In this document: positions 1-9,799 of the stretch, in pieces
Numbering within the stretch: the first letter of the stretch is position 1
How the letters are laid out: every line of letters starts with the position of its first letter
Source of the DNA: Chiloscyllium plagiosum
Lineage: Eukaryota
Assembly: GCF_004010195.1 (NCBI RefSeq)
Contig: NC_057718.1
Location: 23,890,135 to 23,921,979 of the forward strand
Length of the DNA: 31,845 nt
Direction of reading: 5' to 3'
Translations under genes and position numbers: made by a program
Notes under the pieces: model-generated
The model's input: the letters and a program-made list of their open reading frames with translations, nothing else
Told to the model about the DNA's origin: nothing
Databases searched by the model: none

Positions 1-967
1 CAGTCAAATAAATTGTGGGTTCCTATTTGTTCAGCCATCGAGAAACCTGTAAATTAATGAATCCTATTGTCTACCCTTTCACAACATGCTTAAGAATTTT
101 CTTGAAGCCGGAGTCAACATAATTGTTATATTCCGTAGGGAGCTCCATAATAGGAGATTGTTGCATGTTCCATAATATAGACTTGAAGTACTACTTCAAG
201 CATAAGTTGGCAGTCTGCCTGCAGGACAGTATAAAAGGCTGCCATCAATGGGAATGTGTATACTGTGAAGAGAAACCGCATGTGTCATGCACTAGAAGAC
301 CCCTCTTTTGTTTATGTGCATAAGCTATAAGTCAGTTCATACTGTTCAGTTATTTTGAAATATTCCTTGTGAGAATTGCACCTAGTTTCCTCAGTCCTCT
401 CAGTTTCCTCACTTATTTTATAGCGGATGCTTACTCGGGTGGGGGGTTAGGATAATTTCGTAAGCTGTTTGGAGCAGTGTAGTGCTGCAGTGACCTGGAA
501 CTCCAAGCTGTTCTACAGACAGAAAGGCACAATTCCCCAGACAGAGATCTTCAAATGCTGCTGCAGGGTCCACTTCATTGCTCCATCACACTGCCTGGAA
601 CTTTTTATGAAACCCTAGCATGGTTACAACACAGAAGAAGGCCACTCAGCTCATCATGTCCATGCCAGCCCTCTGCTCATTCCACAGCTTTGCCCAAGGT
701 CCTTCTCATTTTCAGCATTTCCAATTATCGAATATTGTTTGGAAAGCTAGAATTAGATTTAGCTCCACCAAACATCCAGGTAGTATATGCTGGATAATAA
801 TTACTCATTGTGTGACAGAACTATTCCTCATATTGTCCTGGGATCTTTTATCAATCATTTTATTAACAGTGCCTCCTTGTTGCTAGCTTTCCATTAACGG
901 GATCAGTTTCTCTCTCTCTCTAATCTATCTAGAACTCACAAGGTCTGCATCACTTCCTCTGAACCCT

Positions 968-1066
968 GAACAGACACAGAGCATGCTGGAGAAATTCAGA
1001 AGGTCCGTCAGCATCTGTGGAGAGAAACAGAGTTAATATTCTTGGTTCAGTATAACTTTTCTTCAG
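968..1066 (-). mobile_element. Penelope-like terminal repeat relic, left arm of an inverted pair, degenerate hammerhead
   Basis: Minus strand reads CTGAAGA...ttaactctgtttctctccacagatgctg. Inverted copy at ~1790-1930. Confidence 0.65.
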
Positions 1067-1766
1067 GGTTCAGGTACATAATTCTTTGAAGTTTGCATCA
1101 CAGGTAGACAGGGTGGTTAAGGTGGTGTTTGGCACACTTGCCTTCATTGCTCAGATCATTGAGCATAGGAGTTGGGATGCCATGTTGAGGTTGTACAGGA
1201 TGTTGGTGAAGCCTCTTCCTGAAAACTGTGTCCAGTTCTGGTCGCCCTGTTATATGAAGGATATTATGAAGCTAGAGAAGGTTCAGAAAAGATTCACCGG
1301 GATGTTGCCAGGAATGGAGGGTTTGATTTATAACCGGAGGCTGGATAAGCTGGGATGGTTTTTCATTAGAGCATATGAGTTAATGGGTGACCTAATGGAA
1401 GTTTATAAAATCATGAGGGGAATACATAAAATGAATGGCAGGTGTCTTTTTTTCCCTGGGATGGGGGATTTCAAGACTAAGGGGCATATTTTTAAGGTGA
1501 AAGGAAAAAAATTTTAAAAAGACATGAGGGGAAACGTTTTTACGCAGTGAGTGGTTTGTGTGTGGAATGAACTTCCAGAGGAAGTGGCGGATACGGGTAC
1601 AGTTGCAACATTTAAAAGATGTTTAGATAAGCACATGAATAAGAAATGTTTGGAAGGATAAGGGCCAAGCGCAGGCCGGTGGGACTACTTTAGTTTGGGA
1701 TTATGGTCAGCATGGACTGGTTGAAACAAAGGGTCTGTTTCCATGCTGTATGGCTCTAGACTCTAT
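1067..1766 (+). mobile_element. CR1 LINE 3' fragment (ORF2 C-terminus and tail)
   Basis: LYRMLVKPLPENCVQFWSP, LEKVQKRFTGMLPG, GDLMEVYKIMRG. Tail gggtctgtttccatgctgta with ctcta repeats. Confidence 0.92.
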
Positions 1767-1789
1767 AACTGAACTCTATTCTTCCAAGT

Positions 1790-1930
1790 TCTGACTTCTT
1801 CAGAAGAAGAGTCACATCAAGCTTGCAATGTTAACTTTGTTTGTTTTCTCCACAGATGCTGCTAGATCTAGAGTTTCTTCAGCATTATTCTTTGTGTTTG
1901 TTTCAAATTCTCAGCACCCACAGTACTATT
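1790..1930 (+). mobile_element. Penelope-like terminal repeat relic, right arm, degenerate hammerhead
   Basis: cagaagaagagtc...atgttaactttg...ctccacagatgctgctagatc, the reverse-complement counterpart of 968-1066. Confidence 0.65.
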
Positions 1931-1944
1931 TATCCCTAAGGAGA

Positions 1945-3470
1945 AGAACCCAAGCTGTTCTACTCTATCCGCACACCTCAAGTCTCTCAATCTTGGAACC
2001 ACTCTCATCAATCATTTCTCCAATGTTTCTAAATGTTTTTACATTATTTCTGAAGTTCAATTCTCATCATTGGACACAATACTCCAATTGAAGTCAAACC
2101 AGTATTTTATAAATGGTCATGATAATGCCCTTGTTTTTAGTGTGCAATGTCTCTGAACCCTGGATGCCAAATGCCTTTTTGACCACTTGCTCAATCACAG
2201 TCACCTTCAACAACTTATGCATGTTGAACCCCCAGTCACTATATTCCTGTATCTCTTTTAGAATTGTTGCTTTGACTTCAGATTTTCTTCAATTACTCTT
2301 CCTAACAACATGAATCTCTTCACACTTCTTCGCATTAAGTTGCATTTATATGTGCCTGCCCATTCTTTCAGCCTTCTTTTTCCACTTGAAGTATATCACT
2401 ACCATCCCAGTTCACAATACTTTCAAGTTTTGTGTCATTTGCAGTTTTTGAAATTGTACCCTATTCACCCAAGTTCATGAGATATTGGAGCAGAATTATG
2501 GCATTTGGCCCATTAAGTCTGCTATGCCATTCATTCATGGCTGATATGCTTCTGAACCCATTTTCCTGCCATATCCCTTCAACCCATTACCAATGAAAAA
2601 TCTGTCTTACTCCTCCTTAAACTTACCCACTGTCCCAGCATCTACTGCATTTTGGGGTAGTGAATTCCATAAACTCACAACCCTTTAGGAGAGTCATTTC
2701 TTCTTAACTCTGTTTTAAATTTGCTACTCCATATCCTAAGACTATGCCCTCTAGTCCTAGAACCACAAGAGGAAGCTGCCTCTCCTCATCTATTTTACCC
2801 ATTCCTTTTATTATCTCGAATATCTCAATTTGATCTCCCCTCATTCTCTAAATTCCAGAGAAGTCTAGGTCAATGATACATATCAAGGGATGCAATAGTT
2901 TTAGTACCATGGGGAACTGCACCATGTACCTTTCTCTGGTCTGGGTAACAACTGTTCACTGCTACACCCTGTTTCCAGTCACCCTCCAATCCCTGTTGCC
3001 ACTGTCCCCTTTATTCCATGAGCTTTAACTTTCCTTCGAAGCCTTTTATGTTATGTTATGTCAAAGATGGTTTTTTGAAAGTCAATTTATGTTACTTCAA
3101 TTGCATTCTCTGATCACCCCTCACTGTAATCTCATGAAAAAAATGTCAGCAAATTAGCTGAACATGATTTACCTTTCACAAATTCACATTAGCTTTGATT
3201 ATCTGATTCTCACTTATCCAACAGTTAATTTTGTCTCAGATTATAATATTTGAAAGCTTCCCTATCATTAAACTGATTGGGCTGGTTTATTCTTATCCCC
3301 TTTTTCGAACAAAAGTGTAACATTTCCAGTTTTATTAATATCCCTCTGGCACTATTCCAATTTCTAAAGAAGATTGTAAGATTACTGCCTTTGCAGCCTC
3401 CTTTTTTCCCTTGTTTCCACTAGCATCCTCAGATACATCCCATGCATACGTGGTGAATAGTTAAATTTAA
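1945..3470 (-). mobile_element. Old degenerate CR1 ORF2 fragment, interrupted by a younger CR1 3' end at ~2476-2865
   Basis: tggacacaatactccaa is the reverse of LEYCVQ. Eroded KFADD-like and GVPQG-like segments (tgtgtcatttgca, ggggaactgcacca). Confidence 0.7.
2476..2865 (-). mobile_element. CR1 LINE 3' end
   Basis: gagatattggagcagaattatggcatttggccc...catggctgat...gaattccata is a reversed CR1 3' UTR and ORF2 end. Confidence 0.8.
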
Positions 3471-3647
3471 ATACACTAGCACACGGTGCAAAATTCCTGT
3501 TTAATTGCAGCAAACATATGTCAGAAGAGCTGGAATATCAAGAAGGAAAGTCTTGTCCAATGTTTCATTCCTTTAAAGCGTTGGTGGGTGGCTGCTAAAT
3601 TAATTGCCAATTTATAAACCACCAAACTTAACTTTGGAGAAACACTT

Positions 3648-3740
3648 ATAGAGTCATAGAATTTCACGGCACAGAAGGAGGCTATTTGGCCCACATGTCT
3701 CTATCAGAATTAAAGGATCACCAACATTCTCGCCCTGTTA
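3648..3740 (-). mobile_element. CR1 3' tip
   Basis: atagagtcatagaatttcacggcacagaaggaggctatttggccc. Confidence 0.6.
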
Positions 3741-3806
3741 ATTTGGAGGAAAAGTTTTTTCATGTAGCACCACTCCTTCCAGAGATCTATGTTGATTCAC
3801 TAGGAA

Positions 3807-3892
3807 ACAAGCAGGAGACTGGAAGAACACAGCATCCAACTTACTGCTTGTCTACCTTGGATTTCATCTGCATCTGCAGATTTTTTGTCTCT
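3807..3892. mobile_element. Small fold-back Penelope-terminus relic
   Basis: acaagcaggagactgga and tccaacttactgcttgt are inverted arms (13/17), followed by a gcatctgcagattttttgtctc tail. Confidence 0.5.
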
Positions 3893-4280
3893 CCCTCTAG
3901 TTCTGATCCACCAGGAGAGCCAGAGATGTACATTATTGTCTGTACAACTAAAGCCACATTCTTCAATCATGTCAATGAAGAAACTCCCCACAATCTATAT
4001 TGAAATTGGCCTGTGGCATTACCTGGGGATTTAACATGAGTGTGTGTCTTGTTGTTAAAAGCTTCCCTGCATGAGCAAATTTCTCTTCCATGATGTTCTT
4101 GAAGGATTCCCCTACTTGTATATATTTTATTTTTGTGGTTTGTTAGAAATGTGAAGGTGACACTGGAAGTGTGATAGAGCGTTGTACTGAACGATTGTAT
4201 ATGGCAAAATATAGCAGACATTTCAGCACTGATGCTCATGGATGAGGCTTTGCTGTTTTTATTCTTTGAATAGAACCAAT

Positions 4281-4315
4281 CTTTATTCTACTTTCTTCTT
4301 CTGTTTCTTTTGCAG
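4281..4315 (+). promoter_or_regulatory. Polypyrimidine tract and 3' splice acceptor of the CHRM3 coding exon (exon starts 4316)
   Basis: ctttattctactttcttcttctgtttcttttgcAG|aatatg. Vertebrate CHRM genes have an acceptor just before the ATG. Confidence 0.85.
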
Positions 4316-4318
4316 AAT

Positions 4319-4345
4319 ATGCCAGAAAGCCACAATGATCCCTGA
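4319..4345 (+). promoter_or_regulatory. Out-of-frame upstream ORF overlapping the CHRM3 start (MPESHNDP*)
   Basis: ATG CCA GAA AGC CAC AAT GAT CCC TGA, starting 16 nt before the main ATG. Confidence 0.7.
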
Positions 4346-6128
4346 CTACAACAGCACAGTATCCTCTTTCTTCTTCAATTCCAGCTTCTTATGGAACCGT
4401 GATTCACAGAGTGGAGCAGTTCTTGGCAGCAGGCCAGTAGACCGAAGTGCCAATGGCTTGTTCAGATCAGCCGTACTTTCTCCCACCACTTCACTGGAAT
4501 CGAATAGGTCTGTTCTAAGTAATAGTACAGTTGATCCCCTCGGAGGTCACACTGTTTGGCAAGTTGTTTTAATCGCCTTCTTAACAGGAATACTTTCTTT
4601 GGTGACAATAATTGGGAATATTCTGGTTATAGTCGCGTTCAAGGTGAACAAACAATTAAAAACGGTGAATAACTACTTTCTCCTAAGTCTCGCATTTGCA
4701 GATGTGATCATTGGAGTGATTTCAATGAACCTGTACACAACGTACATCATAATGGATAGATGGGCTTTAGGAAATGTAGCTTGTGACCTGTGGCTTGCTA
4801 TTGACTATGTTGCCAGCAATGCCTCTGTCATGAATCTTCTAGTTATAAGCTTTGACAGATACCTATCAATTACTAGGCCACTTACCTACAGAGCTAAACG
4901 AACTCCCAAAAGAGCTGGGATAATGATAGGGCTTGCTTGGATTGTTTCATTTGTGCTCTGGGCCCCTGCTATTTTGTTCTGGCAATATTTTGTTGGTGAG
5001 AGAACAGTGCCACCCGATGAATGTTTCATACAGTTTTTATCTGAACCAATAATTACTTTTGGTACTGCCATTGCTGCATTTTACTTGCCTGTCACCATCA
5101 TGACAATTCTGTACTGGAGAATTTACAAGGAAACTGAAAAACGCACCAAAGAACTGGCAGCTCTCCAGGCCTCAACCACTGACATGGAAACCATCCATTT
5201 TGTCCATCAAACGGGCAGCTCCAGGAGCTGCAGCAGCAACGAACTGCAGCGGGCAGAAATGAAAGAGCAAAGGAGGCTCAGGAGGTGCCGCTTTTGGGCA
5301 GACTCAAAGACGTGGAAGTCCAGCACCGAGGGGGAGCAAGAGGGAAGCAGCAGCGATAGTTGGAATAACAATGATGGCGGTGGCTCTTTAGATCATTCCG
5401 CTTCATCTGACGAGGACGATGTCGTGCCGGAAACACGAGCTATTTACTCCATCGTGTTAAACCTACCTGGACTGAAGACGGCTGCTAGCCTCTCGAGATC
5501 CACGAATGCCAATAACATTGACCTTTGCAGTGATGAACTCGCCAAGGCAGATAATAGTGTAAAGGAAAGGAAGTTCCAGTCGCAGGAGTTCAAGGACCCA
5601 GATGAGCAAGGCAACAGCTTTCACCAGCATTTTGCCAAGCTTCCTGTTCAGTCACTGCCATCAATCCATTCCTCAAAGACTTCTAGAGGAATTGCATCTT
5701 TAGCAAAATCATCCACTTCTATGTCTCTCAGAGAAGCCACAGTTGCTAAAGCATTTGCTTCCAAAACAAGAACTCAGATTACAAAGCGTAAAAGAATGTC
5801 ACTTGTAAAAGAAAAGAAGGCTGCGCAGACACTCAGTGCAATTTTGCTTGCCTTTATTATTACGTGGACACCTTACAACATAATGGTACTGGTGAACACA
5901 TTTTGTGACAAATGCATTCGCGATTCACTGTGGCAACTAGGTTATTGGCTGTGCTACGTCAATAGCACTGTGAATCCCATGTGCTATGCACTGTGCAACA
6001 AAACCTTCAGAAACACTTTTAAAATGTTACTGCTTTGTCACTGGGGAAAAAGAAAAAAACGCAGGCAACAGTATCAACCAAAACAAGCTGTTATTTTCCA
6101 TAAAAGGATCCCATGCGAGGCTTCCTGA
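4335..6128 (+). CDS. CHRM3: Muscarinic acetylcholine receptor M3 (class A GPCR), single coding exon, 597 aa
   Basis: Uninterrupted ORF with 7 hydrophobic helices. Motifs: [18 protein letters not shown]3.32 in [35 protein letters not shown]3-type ICL3 motifs: [61 protein letters not shown]. Tail QQYQ..VIFHKR. ATG 4335 (GCCACAATG) lies 19 nt after the splice acceptor. Confidence 0.93.
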   Translation: MIPDYNSTVSSFFFNSSFLWNRDSQSGAVLGSRPVDRSANGLFRSAVLSPTTSLESNRSVLSNSTVDPLGGHTVWQVVLIAFLTGILSLVTIIGNILVIVAFKVNKQLKTVNNYFLLSLAFADVIIGVISMNLYTTYIIMDRWALGNVACDLWLAIDYVASNASVMNLLVISFDRYLSITRPLTYRAKRTPKRAGIMIGLAWIVSFVLWAPAILFWQYFVGERTVPPDECFIQFLSEPIITFGTAIAAFYLPVTIMTILYWRIYKETEKRTKELAALQASTTDMETIHFVHQTGSSRSCSSNELQRAEMKEQRRLRRCRFWADSKTWKSSTEGEQEGSSSDSWNNNDGGGSLDHSASSDEDDVVPETRAIYSIVLNLPGLKTAASLSRSTNANNIDLCSDELAKADNSVKERKFQSQEFKDPDEQGNSFHQHFAKLPVQSLPSIHSSKTSRGIASLAKSSTSMSLREATVAKAFASKTRTQITKRKRMSLVKEKKAAQTLSAILLAFIITWTPYNIMVLVNTFCDKCIRDSLWQLGYWLCYVNSTVNPMCYALCNKTFRNTFKMLLLCHWGKRKKRRQQYQPKQAVIFHKRIPCEAS

Positions 6129-8030
6129 AGCTACCTTCTTCAGATTGTAATTGTTTCTGTTTGGTATCAATTAACAGCTTTGGTCAAGAGCATACAGGCT
6201 ATCAGTGTTGTGAGCACATGGCTAAAGTATACGCTGCTTTGTATTATGTGTCGGATGGTGTTTACATGATGTAGACAGCAGTACCAGTATTTAACTAGTG
6301 TTGATGTATTTAAATTGTATAATTTTGTCTTTCTGTTCATATAAAGTCCATGTATGCTTTTGCTTAATATTTATTTAACTTGAATATACTACTTAAGTCC
6401 TTGATGCTATTATCTCATGACAGCAACTATGATACTGGATTTTTCATCCTAAACTGCGAGAGTAATGTCATAAGCAATCATGTGGGAGTACAGCATTTGA
6501 ATACTGCTACAAAGAGAGATAACTTGCTCAAGCTTTTCATTTGCACTCATTGGGACAAACACAAGAATGACAAATTTCAATCAATTACAACAGAAAAAGA
6601 GATGCTGATTGACTGACACTGATTGGCTAAGGCATTGATGTGGTAGGACGTATTGGCTTCCCAGGGTTCTGGGTTCTTCAAAAAAGGCATCAGGAAAAGA
6701 TACAACGGCAAGCAATGGAGTCCTTTTACAGTAGATCATTGCATCTATCGATAACCATTGACACCCTGATCCTCCTCCTGGTAGTTTTGTTTCTTTTGCT
6801 GTCAGCTAAAATTAAAGTCACTTTCTCTTTGGAAATACCTCGGTAAATCAGTGTTCACCCTACCAATCAATCAATCATCACTCTTTTCTCCCGTAGGATT
6901 AATTGTTTGAAATTTGACATTCATGGGCTTGTCCTGAAGACCACAAGACCAAATGTTTCAGCAAGTTGTCTTTTCAGCAATAGTCAAGTGTTGCCATCCT
7001 CCAATTTTCACAACTGGTTCCTCTCATTATCCCTCACCTTGCACAAAATTACCCTTTCACACTTCTTGAAGTCGCTTACTGCCCTATGTTTTCAGTGTAG
7101 AAAGGGTGTGGATTGGACTGTATAATTGACTTTGAGCTAAGCTCCAATGTGATATAGTTTAGTGGGAAAGAACTGGTTCTGCTAAGAAAAAAAAAATTGT
7201 CTTCCTGTTCACCCAGACAAAAGTATATTCTCTGTGACCAAAATACTTTCTGCATCAGAGGCCAACCACAAACCCATGCAAATTAACCCAATAACAATTG
7301 GAGTTAGAAATTGAATTTATTTGGTTAAGAAGTCCCCTATTCTCTTCCATCAACCCCCAGACTGCTAACTGTGATTTATCTTTGGTGTAGGAAAACCAAG
7401 TTATTGACACTATTATGAAAAAGGTTTGACATGAAACATGTTGAACTTTATGTGGTATCTGTATTCTTTGGTATAATTCATTTAAAAAGGACAATCGAAA
7501 ACCAAAAATTGCGAGAGAGGATTTTATATGATGCATATCTATTTTAACTCAGATTATGTATTCAAACCAAAAACAAAGTATTCTGGGCCTAAATTATTGC
7601 CATTGCAGAAGAAAATCAAATTGACGATCGACTTTTAAATATACAGTCTACATTTAACTCCCCTTTTAACTGAGAGCCATTAACATTATGTGATTCACCT
7701 TTAATTTTGGACCCATTATAGTAGTTCCAAGTTCAAGAAGACTTTATAAAAAAAAGTAAAAAGAATAAACTTTTTAGTGTTCATACTTAGTGCCGAGCCC
7801 AAAAGGATAGTATTGTAAAAATGATGACTTTTCACATAACTCAGTGTCAACATATAAGAACACTCCATTGTAATTTAACCATCTTTTTGTATGATATTGT
7901 AAAATTTAGTAAATGAGACTGCTAGTTTAATTCAGTTCTATAACTTGACATGTCCATTTACATATTGAATGTAATGTTCTATCAACTGGTTTTATAGCGG
8001 CAATAAAGTCATGCAAAATTTTATAAAAAT
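6129..8030 (+). other. Putative CHRM3 3' UTR, with candidate poly(A) signals AATAAA at 8002-8007 and 7764-7769
   Basis: AT-rich and TE-poor stretch. Several UGUA elements precede AATAAA 8002. CR1 debris resumes at ~8231. Confidence 0.5.
6500..6982. mobile_element. Inverted pair of Penelope-like terminal repeats (6500-6632 minus; 6858-6982 plus) with decayed hammerhead cores
   Basis: Arms align by eye, e.g. 30/35 over taattgattgaaatttgtcattcttgtgtttgtcc. CTGAAGA at 6934-6940. GAAAAGCTT on the left arm. Confidence 0.7.
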
Positions 8031-8230
8031 CTTTGTACTATTACTGGTGATAGAATAGGGTTTTTTCCTGAACTAGTCAGTTGTACAGGTAACATTAGAG
8101 AGAAAAAAAATCCACTTCTATTTGAATAAGAATAGAAATAGGGAAAATCAAATAGGCTTGTTTATTGTGAAATCCCATTGCTGAAAACAATCACACCAGG
8201 TGGATAAACCTCACCAAGCTCTCTTCATTT

Positions 8231-8706
8231 GGAACATAGGAGCATGAGTTGGCCATGTATGCTGCAGTTCAATGAGATCACGACTCATTTGAAAATTAAC
8301 CTTGTCCCATTTTGCTTCATACCCCTTGTTAACAAAACTCCATCAATTTCAGAATGAAATTGAACAATTGATTTAGCATCAATTGCCAGTTGTGGAAGAG
8401 CACTCCAAATTTTTACCACCATTTAGTACAGAATTGTCTCCTAATTTCTCTCGTAATTGCAAGAAGAACAGAAAACACAGGAAATATTAAAACATCTGTG
8501 AAGAGAGAAACAGAGCTAACATTTCGGGTCAGTGACGCTTTGTCAAAAGCTGAGGATATGTTGAGTATTCCAGCATTTTCTGTTTTTATTTCAGAATTCC
8601 ATTTCTTGCAGCATTTTGGTTTTGTTTCATTCCTTTGAGTTCTTGTCCTAAATTATAGTCACTAGTCCTAGCCTTATGAAGAAGCAGAAACTGTTCATTT
8701 TTATCT
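8231..8706 (-). mobile_element. Old CR1 3' end containing an inserted PLE fold-back relic
   Basis: ggaacataggagcatgagttggccat...gttcaatgagatca...tgtggaagagcactccaa is a reversed CR1 tail. Confidence 0.65.
8460..8625. mobile_element. Fold-back Penelope-terminus relic with decayed hammerhead
   Basis: acagaaaacacaggaaata...gagagaaacagagctaacatttcgggtcagtgac, followed by tattccagcattttctgtttttatttcaga. Confidence 0.6.
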
Positions 8707-8799
8707 ACTTTATTTGTTGTTCTTGATAGCTTGAAAACTTGCAAAATTGGTCAGTAAGCAGCTCACAGTCAGACGACATTGAAGTGAGATGAAACAGTG

Positions 8800-8972
8800 A
8801 GTACTTGGAAATTTGCTTCAAAGTGGTTCCAACATGTATGGTTATTTGGATCGAAATTGTGTGCAAGGGTATGGGAAAGAAGCAGGAGATTGGCAATAGA
8901 TCTGATACTTGTTTGAAGTGCAGATATGATGGGCCAAATTGCCTCCATCTACACCATAACAATCCTGTGATG
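8800..8972 (+). mobile_element. CR1 3' end
   Basis: aagggtatgggaaagaagcaggagattgg...gatgggccaaattgcctcc. Confidence 0.6.
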
Positions 8973-9239
8973 TGTGGGGAAAAGAGGTGCTTTAAGTAAG
9001 ATTTCTGATGAGAGTTCAGCTTGCTATGGGGCAGTTCAGTGAAGAGAGGGAAGGGGAGTTGCTTTATGAGCAGTTACTATTGGAGACTGTGCCTCAGTGT
9101 CAGGAATGTTTGAAAAAAGTAAGCTTTTTTAAAACAATCCAATACAAGAAAAAAATAAGTGCATGGGAAATGGTGGAAATTTAAGATTAAGGTATGGCAG
9201 GACAGCTTGACTAAGAGGGTTGCCTATCCTTTGGCAAAT

Positions 9240-9640
9240 GAGGATCAACAACACGTGATGTGACCTAGGTATATTTACAGGAAGTCTCACTAGTTTGAGC
9301 TCGGGTTTGGAGCTCAATCAGTGGCTGGAGTGACTGTGTTGCATCGGTGAGGTATAGAACAACATGGGTAGTACATTTAGACAGGAGGTCCAACTGCAAA
9401 CTCAAGGCATACTGGCAGACTTGGAATGGATGGCTCCCAGGTAGTCGAAGAAAGCCAGGGATGTAGTGCAGTAGTTCCATGGGATTCTACTCACTAATCA
9501 GTTTTTGATTCTGCACAGTGATGAAGGTACTGGTTCTTCAGAAGAAATGGCAAGGCCAAGCCTATGCCATAATAGGCTGCCCAGATATACAAGAAAGAAG
9601 TGCTGGCAAAGCTGTTGTGAAATATATGCATAAATCAAGT
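9240..9640 (+). mobile_element. Degenerate CR1 ORF1 remnant
   Basis: ELNQWLE*LCCIGEV...GSTFRQEV...EW...ILLTNQFLILHSDEG resembles the CR1 ORF1 coiled-coil and PLSNRY region. Confidence 0.5.
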
Positions 9641-9799
9641 CTTTGTGAGGCTGAAGCATGACATCTAGCACCTTGTACTCTCTGTCCTCTGGTCATTTGC
9701 ACCAGAATTCCATGAGCCTTTTTAATTATTTTCTGTAGTTCCCTAAAGATGTTGGAAATGGTTTATTTTAATCAAAGTATGTCCTTGTTTAGTTTCTGC

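Noticed and set aside
4242..4334. 31-aa N-terminal extension of the receptor ORF
   Set aside because: Mostly translates the intronic polypyrimidine tract. The acceptor at 4315 and M3 homology place the start at 4335.
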